Assembly: GCA_965153285.1 (NCBI GenBank)
Contig: OZ229115.1
DNA: 64,000 bases
Direction: 5' to 3' (one strand)
DNA from: Podarcis tiliguerta
Lineage: Eukaryota
Made by a program: the position numbers and the translations under genes. The notes below the pieces were generated by a model, which was not told the DNA's origin, did not search any database, and saw only the letters and a program-made list of their open reading frames with translations. This document shows, in pieces, positions 1 through 12,277 of the stretch (positions are counted from its first letter, which is position 1; each line of letters begins with the position of its first letter).

Positions 1-945
1 AGTAATATAGCAATAATAATAATAATGTAATAAGTAATAAATTTTGACATTGCACAAACTGTAAACGTGCCACTATCACCACAAACAGGAAGTGATGTCA
101 AAAATTGTTCTGTCTCTTATCAATTATTGTTGAGATCAGTCTAAACATCTGGATGGCATCAGGTTGGGGAAAGCTAGTTTAGACCCATCACAATCTTACA
201 ATGCAAAGAGCATGTAACTCTTTGCTCACCTCTGTCTTTTTAGAAGTATGTATTATTAAATATTTGATTAACTCTAAATAATAATAAAAGAATCCTTCTC
301 TTCCTCCTAAAGTTACTTTTCTTTCCAAGTACTTCTCAAGCCCTCTGGTCTTCCTCTATTTTACAGCAGAGAAAAATGTGCTTTTAACTCATGTTACAGT
401 CTGTGTTTTGAAAATTCCCCAGCCATAAAATATTTGACAGCTCTTCAGGGCTTATCACAGTTCAACAGCTAAGACACACTGGGGGTGAGGGGGGAGAGTG
501 AGTTGTAAAGCAAAATCCTGAGCCTTTTTATTATTATTAAAGGACACACAGGAGCAAAATATCTTCCTTATTTCAGCAGAACCCAGAATTCCCTTCCACG
601 TCAGCTTTGTCCTATTCAATAGTGAAAGGAATCATTTCAAATATTCAGAGCATTTTTGAGACAAGGAAATCCTAGTCAACAAGGAATGCTCCTGTTCAGG
701 GCTGTAGTCAGCCTCGATGTCTTTGCTTCTTAGAGTGGGGAAAATTTTAGGAGAGGAAAAGGGAGAAAGGGATACTGCTTTCTTGACTGTGCTTTACAGC
801 ACTATAGCGCTTTAGACTGGGGACTGGCTGCTGACCCCAAACTTGAGCATTTTAGAACTATAAAGCAGGAAGGAAGCTGGTTCTCAAGAGTGAGAAAGGA
901 AAACAGTGCCTTATTTATTTTTCTTCCTCCCCAAATTTCCCTGTA

Positions 946-1163
946 CAGTGGTACCTCGGGTTACATATGCTTCAGGTTACAGACTCCGCTAACCCAGAAA
1001 TAGTACCTCAGGTTAAGAACTTTGCTTCAGGATGAGAACAGAAATCGTGCTCCGGCGGCAGCAGGAGGCCCCATTAGCTAAAGTGGTGCTTCAGGTTAAG
1101 AACAGTTTCAGGTTAAGAACGGACCTCCAGAATGCATTAAGTACTTAACCCGAGGTACCACTG
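946..1163. mobile_element. Tc1/mariner (Tigger/pogo-like) MITE
   Basis: Perfect 18-bp TIRs CAGTGGTACCTCGGGTTA / TAACCCGAGGTACCACTG flanked by TA on both sides. Confidence 0.92.
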
Positions 1164-1944
1164 TATAATGCAAGGAGGGAATTTTTTAAACCATACAGCA
1201 TGGATCCCCAACCATAGATATAAATGATAAACTCACACAACTTCTGGTCTCTTAGGTGGAAGTTAAGTGTTTCCTGATAGAAAACCATGCAAAATCCAGA
1301 TTTTAATAAAATCTGTGAGTGCACTCCCTGCTCCAACAAAAGATAGCAAGAAAGACAGGTGGTTTCTGTCTTTGACATTCAATATGAACCTGGAAATTCC
1401 ATTTCCAAACAATTAGGTGAGTTAAGATTTCCTATCTCTATACACTTAATATCAACAGTCTAAATGATCATGCATTTTCCTCAGGCCATTCTGGCATTTC
1501 AAATATTTTCTCTCTTAATTAACTCATGAGTATACTTCTGAATACCAAGGGAGCTTTCCCCTGCATATGTAGAAACATACTAACTCACTTGGGGGTAGGG
1601 GCACTTTGCACTGACTCATCCATGTTTGCTATTGGACATTATGATTCCAATGAATATGTAAGACGTATTCTCCTTGTAAGAAATGGGCTTTCCTTGCCTA
1701 GGAGTAAAGTACAGTGACACACAGGATAGTACAGGAGGGCATGGAGACAGAGTAGTGGGGGTCATTGTGGTTGGGGGACCAGAATAGGAGCGCTAATATG
1801 AGTAGGTGGAAGGTAGGTCATCAAATCCTTCCTCCCTGGACATTCAAATCTTCATTAAATGTTCTCAGATTTCAACCAACAATGATTAGGGCTTAAATGT
1901 TTATGTTTTTAAATATGTTGCAGTCCTTTCTGAAGCAAGCGATT

Positions 1945-1996
1945 AACAAGCAACAACAACAACAACAACAACAATAATAATAATAATAATAATAAT
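1945..1996 (+). repeat. Compound (AAC)n(AAT)n microsatellite
   Basis: Directly visible. Confidence 0.95.
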
Positions 1997-2106
1997 ATCT
2001 TCAGTGTGAAATTCAGCTTTCCTTTTTACCCTCTGGCAAAGTCAGCTCCATCTTGGATTCTCAGAACACACAGGGATGCTTTTTCGGTGTCCTCCCACCT
2101 GGGAAT

Positions 2107-2242
2107 AATTTATGATTGACAGCTCCTGCATGGCTGGGTGAACCCATGAATGACCCATCTCCCATAGGACTGGAATGGGTAGGAGCAATCGCACAAGCCT
2201 CTCCAAAGAAATTGGCACCCTGCTGGAAAGACCTACATCAAC
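2107..2242 (+). repeat. 136-bp direct repeat, copy 1
   Basis: 134/136 identical to 3134-3269. Confidence 0.97.
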
Positions 2243-3133
2243 AGGCTCTGCCAAGTAGTTGAATCATGTAAGCATTATCCAAGCCTTTGTAGGAGCTTCT
2301 CAGAGATAAGCAACTCTCAGTCAGCAAGCCACATGAACCATTTGTTGACACAGGAGATCAAAGAAGCCTGATATGCTAAGCCATCCCTGAAGGATTGCCT
2401 TCAGGAGTGGGATTTTGTTAATGCATTTGATTTATTTGATAAATTTTTCTCTTACCCTGTCGGGGCTGTTTTAGGTGGTTCCCCATTTGGTTGCAGGTCA
2501 TGTCTAGCCCTGCTGAGCTTCAAACACTGAAGCACATCAGTTGTCTTCAATTTCCCTGTATTTCCCCACTGCCACCCTGCTCCAGAATCTTGCTGATTCC
2601 GCCTCCCCAACCCATCTGTTTTTCCTTTATGTGGATCATGCTGACAGTATCTCCCTGCGGGCTTCTGTTAACAAACACCTAGCTGAGTTTCCCCACAAAA
2701 CAATGCCAGTCATTTTCCTCTTATGGATGGCTGCCTTCCATGCCACATGGGGATTCACCCTCCAGTTTCTCAGAATGCTTAAAGCAGGACTGAAGCAGGA
2801 AGCAGATTGCAGCTGTGCGAGGCAGAGCAGACATTGGCTTAGCATGGTTGCAAGTCCCATCCCATATGAATGTATGGGATGTGAATCATCAGAATGAACT
2901 CAGTGGAAATAATAGCAGCAGATTCATAGCCAGTTGTTGGGGCCTCGCTGAAGATGCAGTCGTAAAAGAAAGCAAGATGCCCATGGGTTGTATCTTTAGA
3001 TATTTTTAAACTGCATTGCCAGCTCAGAGGAGAGAAGCATATGGACAATTCTTTGGTTAGTTATCTTCCATACAGTTACATCATACAACATGGAGGCTGC
3101 TTTTCCCCCTACATCTTTACAGAAGTGGTTGTC

Positions 3134-3269
3134 AATTTGTGATTGACAGCTCCTGCATGGCTGGGTGAACCCATGAATGACCCATCTCCCATAGGACTGG
3201 AATGGGTAGGAGCAATTGCACAAGCCTCTCCAAAGAAATTGGCACCCTGCTGGAAAGACCTACATCAAC
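3134..3269 (+). repeat. 136-bp direct repeat, copy 2
   Basis: 134/136 identical to 2107-2242; offset 1027 bp. Confidence 0.97.
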
Positions 3270-3497
3270 CACTACCTCTTGATCTATGGTCAAGATGTAA
3301 ATACATTGCGCAAAGGTAAGATCCAAAAATGAGGTCCATGAGTGCTGTGACCAGAGGTCTTGCTTGTAGCTCCAATTAGTAGCCCTTCTGTTTCAGCAAA
3401 GCAGAGCTAATCCCTGGGTTGAGATCCCCACTCAGACACTTACTGTCTCTTGGCATATCCTATCTGCAGCGCAAACTATGAAATTGCCTCCTACAAG

Positions 3498-3764
3498 GGT
3501 AGCGAATGCCATCAACTTGGATGGCTTAAAAAGAGAATTATACACATTCGTGTAGCGCAAAGTGATCAATGGGTATGTTCTACCTTCACTGTTGAAGGCA
3601 GGAAGGCTCTGACTGCCAGTCGCTGGGAATCATTGCTGGGGAGAGTGTTGTTGAGCTCAGCTGCTGCTTCCTGGCTTCCCATAGGCATCTGGTTGGACAC
3701 TATGAGAACATTGGACTGGAGGGGCCATTGGTTTGACCCAGCAGCCCCTCTTATGCTCTCATGT
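3498..3764 (+). mobile_element. CR1-type LINE 3' end fragment
   Basis: ...caacttggatggcttaaaaagagaatta...ggcatctggttgg...cttatgctctcatg resembles squamate CR1 3'UTR/tail; boundaries approximate. Confidence 0.65.
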
Positions 3765-3936
3765 GCCTCACAGGATTGGGGTGGAGATAAAATGGGAAAC
3801 TGGAAACCCTCATATCCCACCTTGAGCACCTCTAAGGTGGGTTGTGAATGTAACAGTAAATAAACAAACATATTTCACACAGAACAGACATTACACAGGT
3901 TTGTCTGTAGGCCAGCACTTCCACCATACCCAAACA

Positions 3937-3942
3937 TTTATT
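3937..3942 (-). terminator. Candidate distal polyadenylation signal AATAAA
   Basis: tttatt on plus; upstream UGUA elements (4030-4170); downstream GU-rich tract (TGTGTAATGTCTGTTCTGTGTG...TGTTTGTTT). Confidence 0.65.
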
Positions 3943-6911
3943 TTTCCAAAACTATTGCTAATGACAACAGATATATTTGTTTCCCCTCAGCACGGATTTA
4001 ACAGTTCCAACACATTTACTCCTCTAATACTGTACAATACTGTACCAAAAAGAAAGAAGAGATGTACCTCCAATATTGTACATAGTAGTATATATACAAA
4101 GTACAATTTTACAGTTTGCTTGGGTTTTTTTTCTTTTTCTTTTTACTTTGAAAGGAAAATATATACACCATATATATAGATTGGTGTAGAAGATAAACAA
4201 ACAAATGGAAAATTGCTTTTAAAACAAGAACATTTCATTCCAAACCCATTAAAACAACAGTTGTTAATTTAAAAACAACAACAACCCATATAATCTAATG
4301 CACTGAATGGACCCAAACCTGACTTTGCAGGATTAGATTTTAAAACATAAAAATTGAAGACTGTTAGACTGTGCAACTGAACTGTGTTACATACAGTAGA
4401 ATAAAGACATCACTGCCATTCCTTTTCAAATATATATATGCGTTAGCATTTTGGCTACATGGATAACTGTCTTTTACGTCACCTGTTCATATTTTAAGTA
4501 TATTGCTCTAGCAATTTGGCACCCACAGAGCCCAATCCAGGAAGCTCTGTTTAGGCAGATTATAGCCTTCAACTTCCAGAGAGAGAGAGAAATCTTGCTA
4601 GTGCCACTATAACTTGAAGCTTTATTTCCATCATATGGACCATCTCACTCGTAAAGAAGGAAACACAGCCTAAAAGATATTGGTTCAAAGGTGATTCTAA
4701 GATTGCATTTTTTTAATAAAAAAAACTTGGAAATATTTGTATTGGAAGCTCACACATTGTTTATTATTTTATTTTAAAGAAGCAATAATCCAGACCCTTA
4801 AATAGACTCCCTCATGCTTGCCAGATCAGCTATGATGGAAATTTCTATTACATTTTGCTTCTTTTGCATTTATAAGCATTCAAACAGGAAAAGTTGTTGA
4901 AACCTTCGAAAAGCAGCTACTGCACGTGCATATTTGGTTGTGCGCTATGCAGCAGAGAGGCAAGATTGACTTTTCCAAAGCATTGTGCGGTCCAAGCTTC
5001 ATTCATAATTATCTGAGGGGGGAAAACATTTCTAGAAGCTATTCATAAAGCTATAAGCAAGGCAGAAATCTCCCCAGGAATACAACTTTTTAGGACCCAT
5101 CTTTCCTAGTCATGTCTGAGACAATTTAGCACCACATTTACAGCCAAACCATTTGCATGACACACACGTACGTGTTGCTCTTTTGAGAAATTGCATCCTA
5201 AAAGACACTCAAGCCAGAGATTTTCTGGGTAAACATGTCTCATATATGACTTTGCAGGCTTATAAGCAAAGAGAAACTTGGTTCTCAGTTTCCTCCCTGT
5301 GTCTTAGGTACGTATTTCATTATAGTTTTGTAGCTACCCTACTGAAAGCTTGCTGTATTTTAAAGCACAGTATACACTAGACCCTAGAAAAGTCAGTGAA
5401 AGGAAAGATTAGTCCTGAAAGGTGTTCAGCCCTTTGGACTGTGACCCAGAAAACAGCTAAAATTTGTTATCAAAGAGAACGGCTACATTCATGAGGCTCT
5501 AGTGTTTTCCATGCAACAGGGCCAGATACCAGAATCGGGAGATACCAGCACCTTGGGAGCGAAGTCCAAACCAGTGAAGGATATGATCAGACAAACTCTT
5601 TCCCTTTTCTCTTGAAACAATACAGAAGCAGACCAGATGAAGGCATAGGAGGCAGACATGTTAGAGGAAATGAGAGACCCTGGACTCCTTAGCAAACTCT
5701 GAAGGGAGAATGATACTGGGGGGGTTCAGCTGTGGAGGGTCTCTCTTCTCCCTGGTATGCTCCCCCTGTTTCAGATCATTAATAGGGGGAGCAATTTGGA
5801 GAAGATGGGCAACTAATGTCACCTGCAGCCCAAAATCAGGGTCAGAAAGACAGTTGAGATGCAATTGTGCTGGTCTTAAATAACAGTGCTCTGTTCAAGT
5901 GAAAAGTTACAGAGAGTTACAGATACAGACGTTATGCACTGTTATGCAGAGACATAAATCTTTGGAGGCCTGAACCTTGTGGGCAGCAATGGCGGCTTCA
6001 GGGAAATTCTGACTTTCACCCAGCCAGGGGGCCCAACCTTCGTGGAGGCTCATCAAAAGAAAGCAAAATGCCATAGGCCATGGCTGTAGGAAGAGCAAAA
6101 GCCCCTGCTTTGTTTCACATCTGGCATTTCTACTTTCTATTGGGGTGGGGCAGGAAGTTACCTGAACAGAATATTATTCAAACAATTGTACACTAGTAAG
6201 AGAATGAGGGTTTGGGGGATTCCCGCCCCCCTCAATAAGTATGTAAAGGATAGATTTGTTCATGATCACAGTGTTATTTAATATCCAGTGCTTCACCATT
6301 CAGTCAGTAGAGATATAAGGGAAACGCGATGTTTTAGCATTGGGGTGTGTGTGTGTGTGAAGGTGTGATATTTCAGTGTATTAGCATGTGTATCTGAGCC
6401 TAGAGGTTGAAAGGGGCATTTAGATAACCACCATCTGAAAGAAAGTGAGATGCTCAACAGTAAGCGAAACACATTATTCTATGGTCAGCTGGAAGAAATA
6501 AGAATTTAGTTGCCAAGTTACAGGTACAGAAACTCCAGATTGTCAGCTAAAATGCTTTTATTCCCCTCTATAATGTCTATGTATTACCTCCATCTATTTG
6601 TTAAATGCTGGTCTTGCATAAGACACTAAATTACATCGACTTTTGGCTTTGTATCTCACGCTGGTAGGTGAAGCTGCATTTTATGGGCATATCTAAACCA
6701 CAGATGAACAGAACAATCCTCTGCAGGGTCATTTGGCAATAAGTCCCACTGTATTCAGTGCGGATTTCCGGGAAACTGAATGGGACTACAGCATTAAAAT
6801 CAGGTTTTGGTGGTGTTGGGTTTTTTAAAAAGTCATGCCCTCTTTCCAGTGAACCTGAGTATCTGTATGTTGTGTATGGGCATGTTTGTAATGTAGATAT
6901 GCCCTAAATCA

Positions 6912-7025
6912 GAATTTGCCAACCTGGTACAATCCAGATGTTTTGGTCTGCAACTCCATGGGCTGGCTGGGGCAGATGGGAGTTGTAGTTCAAAGCATTT
7001 GGAGGACAGTAATTCATGTACCAGA
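6912..7025. mobile_element. Short palindromic MITE-like squamate repeat inside the 3'UTR
   Basis: tccagatgttttggtctgcaactcc...gggagttgtagttcaaagcatttgga inverted arms; relatives at ~13930-13980, ~37660-37790, ~46000-46110, ~48190-48325. Confidence 0.65.
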
Positions 7026-9877
7026 GATATGTGGGAAGCGCCCTTTCCATTAGTGCAAGGGCATGAAAATCTATGCAAGAGAAACTGATCCAAATTGCCT
7101 AACTTAGAGATTTTAAACTAAGCAATTTAAGCAATTTTTAAATATAAAAAAAATAATGAACATTCCTTGGAGCTTGCCTGTGGAAAGTTGTTTTCACATA
7201 TACATGTTCAATATAGATCATGGTGCATGTTTTAAAATTCCGGTTGGATAGCATATGATATGGTGTACATCCTTTGACATTTCTACTTCCTTTTTAGTAG
7301 GTCCTCCCTAGTGCTGAGTTCAGCCAAAAATGAAAAAAAGAGCAAGTTATATACAGAAAGGTCATAAAAATATCAAGCCATTAATCATTATTTTTTTGCC
7401 AGTTTGCACCCATATACCAAAACACTTTGAAGACTTGAAATCTCATTTTGTTCCAACGTGCCTTGGGTGGCCGGCATGCCCTTCACTGGTACAAGGCATG
7501 GTATAAAACCTAGACAAAATAAGGCATTGCTAGCATGTGCTCAATAGCTTTCCTAGGAATAAATTCTGCCTCCATCCCTGCACCCCACCTTGGGTAGCGA
7601 CATAACACTAGGCCTGCTAATGCCTTGTGCTAAAGGGAGCCCCATGTGCCTTCAATGACAGTAGTTAAAGTGTGCTGCAAGAAAGGGAAAGGTTGCACCT
7701 AACTAAACTGTCGTGTTGCTGCTATAGGCACAGAAGCCCTGCTCTGGCCAAGAAGCTGGCAACCCTAACATGAACTTACAAAACTAAAAAAAAACAGTAG
7801 TTTTGCCTGAGTGAAACACTATTCTCTTAAAAAAAGCAGAAGAAGCAGCAGCAATAATAAAGAATTAAGATTCCTGGATTAGAAGTCTGTCCCATCCTGA
7901 GAATGAATGATCAGGTTGCAGCGCTCAGGTCTTTCACTTGAGCTGGCCAAGGTCCAAGATGCAGAGGTAATGTGCACACACATACCAGGGAGTGAGGTGG
8001 GTGGGTGGGTGGGTGATGTCTGTGTATTTAAAAGGCAACAGCTAGTAAAATGTTAAGGAACAGAACTGCCCCTCCATTAAAAAAATGCAAAAAACATTTT
8101 ACATGGTTTTGTTTCTACGACCATTTGTGAGATTGTCAAGTCTTTCTAGACATAATTTAAAAAAAACAACACAATTTCCCCCTAACTTGTAGGGAGCTTA
8201 AAAGAAAATGTCTGACTAACACCCTTAGATTAATCTGAAGACTACTGCAATTTTGTTTACATAAGATTAAGTATTTTGCTTCTATTAAAATATCAAATAC
8301 CAACGATTTCATTCATAAAACCACAAGAAAACAGACTGCAGTTCAGACCTAGCGAATGAAAGAAAACGCATTTCAGTTCCTTATCTTGCCCTCAGCTGAG
8401 GATCAAAGAAGGGTGATGGAATCCATATTAATTCATTGTTCCTTTGGTTGGTGGTGACAGAGGCAGCAGAGAAATTCCCAGTTGCTTATGAAGTCTGCAT
8501 TTCTTCTTTTTTAAAATGGTTGCCCTCTTGAAAAATATATTCCCATTCAATGCAAACATGAGTCCATACAGTCTGTTGGAATCCAGAACAATTGCAGTCC
8601 ATCACTGTAAATGCCAGATGTAAAGATGATTCATTTTACTGTCTGTACTTATAGACATGGTGACCTGGCACAGAAATATGCTGAATACTGGACTATGTCC
8701 ACGTCCCACAACAGCTTTTAATTTATTTGCCCTATGCTGCCATATCAGAAGCTCATAGGAGACTGAGCCACAAGCTGAGGAGGGGGTGGGACGTGGGGCA
8801 GAGAAGAGAGAGACAGAGACAAGCAGGGTCAAGCTGCTAACTAGGATTACCAGATCTTGAGTCTATGATTGTTCAGAACTGGAGTGGTTGGCCTGAAACT
8901 ATCTCATTTTGCAAAGACGATTAAAGATGTACACACTTGGAAATGCCAGAAGAGAGACAGAGAAAGACTGATCAGTAGTAGCTGGTTTTCAAAATTTAAC
9001 CTACGTTTTCAGTTTTGTCTCCTGGGTGCCCATGAAAGTGCAGAGAGGCTGTTCTAGAGACACTGTTTGAAAATCTCATTTCAAAAGCATTCGCGCTGCT
9101 TTTAGATCTGGAAGCACCAAGCAAAGATATAAGTAGGGGATGTTTAACCATGCAAGCTCTAATGCTCTTTATTTCCCCTGCAATATCAGTTTAACTTTAA
9201 ATGAACACATGCATATGTGCATGTAATGTGCCTCATTTAAACCAAGGCTAAGCTTGTGCACTTTTCATGATTTCTTTTCTAAACACAGGACAGAAAACGT
9301 ATGTCTGAGAACATGTACCCCTGAAAAAAAATGATGCAGGCTGTAATGGAAACTGACCTGACCTTGTGTGGCACCATTATGCACTGTAATAGTGCACAAA
9401 AATACGCCCCAGGCATACCCAGCCATCTAAACCAGTGAGATCAAAAACATCCATGGGTGAACAATATTGTATTGTATCCCTGTAGTGGTTGAAGCACAGA
9501 AGTCTTTTCTGCTAACCTCTAAAAGATGACCCTGATGGTTTCCCTTAGTGACCAGACACTCAAACAAGGCATTGACTGTTTACCACTCAGTTCTGTCTTT
9601 TCCTCACTGATTTCACAGCAACCTGATACAAGACTTTCTATGTCTCGGGCTACACAGAGCTGTGATGTCCTAGCATCACAGGTGATGGGAGGTGCAAAAT
9701 GAGACTTAATTAGTTGGGGCTTTCCTGTCGGGAGAATCCCTGGCGATGGTAACTTCCAAACTAATCTTCAGCAGAAGTTCAATACTAATTAAATAGAAAT
9801 TTCTAACATCTCCTTAACAGGGTCCCGTCATCTGAAACAAAACAAAAAATTGCTATATTCACAGTAGGCTTTCAAGT

Positions 9878-10258
9878 TCAGACAGTACAGGACTTGTCAG
9901 TAGACTGTTGAGATGCTGAGGCAACCACAGGGCTTGTGGTGTTTGTTTTGGGGAAAACCGCAGGCTTTGGCCTGGTTGCTGGAGGTTTGACCGGGGCGGC
10001 CATTTTGACGGACTTTGCTGGCCTGAAGGCGCAGGGAATGTCGCTTGCCGTGCTGGCACTCCGCTGGAAAGCTGGTTCAGAGTCTTTGAGGATCTGAGTA
10101 TGCAATGGGCTGGAAGGCTCCGAGGTGGGGGCCACAACAGGGGAGGTTTTCAACGGCTCCAGGGTGTCCAGGACAACATCTGGCGCGTGCTTCACGCTGC
10201 TTTGCCTTTCCAGCTCCCGCAGCTCGTTCAGAGCAGAGTTCATAGTAGCTTCAATATC
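9878..10258 (-). CDS. SRGAP2: SRGAP2 last coding exon (coding part, TGA at 9878-9880)
   Basis: tttgcag|GAT; 381 nt; DIEATMNSALNELRELERQ...STDKSCTV*. All 15 exons sum to 2160 nt in frame. Confidence 0.98.
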   Translation of the reverse strand, partial: DIEATMNSALNELRELERQSSVKHAPDVVLDTLEPLKTSPVVAPTSEPSSPLHTQILKDSEPAFQRSASTASDIPCAFRPAKSVKMAAPVKPPATRPKPAVFPKTNTTSPVVASASQQSTDKSCTV

Positions 10259-12276
10259 CTGCAAAAGAGAGACGTTGGAAGCAATTAAAGGAGCTAGAAA
10301 ACAGCTCGGCTAATTCTCTGTGGTGTCTCAAAAATATTAAGCAAAAGCAGACAGTGGCAGATGCTGCTCCTGTCGTAAGAGGAATGATATGGCATGGAAA
10401 ATCTCTTCCTAGTGGCGTGACCAGTCCCACTATCACCCTTCCCTGCAAGGTAATATGGACAGGGTGGGAAACTATGTGGCCAGAGGACCAGCCTGTTGCT
10501 AACTGTATGAGGCCAGGCATCCAACCAACTAAAAAATTATTGTATTTAGAGTTGAAGACTTTAGCTAGATTATACATGTTTTCATAAAGCTGCATGGGTG
10601 GACTGGAGCTATATCCTCCTTCCTTTCCGATCATCAATTGCCTTCTCTTTCAAACCTTAAGAACTAGAGCTCAGCAAACCAAGAGGCCTCTATGATCTTA
10701 TTCTGAGCTTGGTGCCTTTTATCATTGGTAGGGATGTTGGCTTTATGTGTGGTACTCAAGACAAATTGCTGCGGAATTTCAGTCCAGAGTGCATTCCAGG
10801 TAATAACACTTTTCTTTAAACCTTTTCCCTGGTCGGATGGCTGGTAGGAAATGACTGAAACACTGGTAGATAATAGCTTGGAAAGCAAGGAGATGGATAA
10901 GAGGAACAAGAATGATGCCTGAGAAAACAGACTCCTCAAAAAGAGTAGAAACCCATTTTGCTGCTAACTATGTGGCAAATGAGCAATATGCAACTCTAAA
11001 TCTGAAACGTGACACATATCAGCATTTCCTCACTGAAGCCACTTGCTATTCTAAAGTGTTTTTAAAAGATATATGAAAAATGTTGCTTATATGACACTTC
11101 ATTCTTGCTTCTTATGAAAGATGCAGGAAATAATGCAAAGGTCACAATTAGGAACAAGCATCAAGCCTTCTTTTTTTTCTTTAAGATCTTAGCTGGATCA
11201 TGACCTAAGTTTGCTTAGAAGTTCAGCTGTAGATGTGGCCTTGACTGGTGCAATATGATTCTTGGAGAGCTCAAATGATTTAGCGTTTCCATGACTCACA
11301 TCTTGGCTACAACATTTTCGTTTCCTCATAGGCATTTTAAGGCACACAGGGAGGTAAATCAGTCAAGGAGGAGGACGAACCAAAGACGGTAACCAGATTC
11401 CTCCCATCACAGTCTGAAAAGATCTTAAAGCAAAACACAGATTTCAGAGATACTGGTGTCAAATGCAAGAGGTGTAGCTCACACTGTTTGAAATGACACC
11501 TGAGAGTACATGAAAGGGGAGCTCTAATTTAATGCAGCCCATTTTTCTTTTATTGAGTGTATTTCCCTATGGAAACAATAAATTACATAAGGGCAAAAAG
11601 AGGAGGGTGGATAAAAGCAGAATTTAACTGAAAGGCAAGAGAGGCTGCTATATGTCATTCAAAGCACTGCAAAAAGATATAATCCACATGCAGCCTTCTC
11701 ATATAAACAAAAGGAGGAAATGCACCATAAGGGGAAAGGACAGCTTTTCAGAAGAGGACCACAATATGTATTATAGATAAGGCAGAAACTGTAGAAGCTA
11801 GATCCTGTTCCCAGGGCTGGTTAGTATAGCCAAGATCCAGCCCTCTATTTACAATCCAATCTGTGGTGTCCAAGAATCTGAAATGCCTTATGAAAAGTTC
11901 AGCATCAACTCCAGCATGAATCATATGCTATTGAAACAGGTGAGATAAGAATGCATGATGGGCACAGGATTGCAGCCCAAATGGTAAATGACTTGGTGGT
12001 TGGTTCTGCTCATATTGAGTGCCTTAAAACAAATAACTGGACAGGAAAAGAAATCTGTCTCATGCCCCACACCCCAACAGGTGGCACGGAACAACAGATA
12101 AAGACAATGTGTGTCTGCTTATTTCCAAGACCAGATTTCTGGATGCTGTGATAATGTGCTTCAAGGAATTATCTATTAGTATTCGAAGGGACTTTATTCT
12201 CTGATGTTTTAATACAGTTTCTTTCTCTCCCTTTAGAATTAAGTGGTTATATAGTTCTCCACCCTTTAAAGTAAGT

Positions 12277-12277
<1 letters not shown>

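Larger units (their letters stand above)
3915..9877 (-). other. SRGAP2: Putative ~6 kb SRGAP2 3'UTR
   Basis: Follows the stop codon; TE-poor relative to introns; ends in a UGUA-rich block with AATAAA followed by GU/U-rich sequence. End position is approximate and more proximal poly(A) sites are possible. Confidence 0.65.

Noticed and set aside
2948-2971. CTGAAGA...GAAA as a hammerhead ribozyme core between the direct repeats
   Set aside because: The intervening bases do not form stem II, and no stem III or NUH cleavage site fits
2107-3269. CRISPR-like or prokaryotic interpretation of the repeats
   Set aside because: Only two long copies, no spacer array, and a clearly vertebrate context
1-3900. 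IKBKE coding exons
   Set aside because: No kinase N-terminal sequence (LGQGATA-type motif) seen on either strand; only regulatory hints are reported
9859-10137. 92-aa alternative-frame ORF overlapping the last exon
   Set aside because: No ATG and no splice route into this frame was found; typical shadow ORF of a Pro/Ser-rich exon
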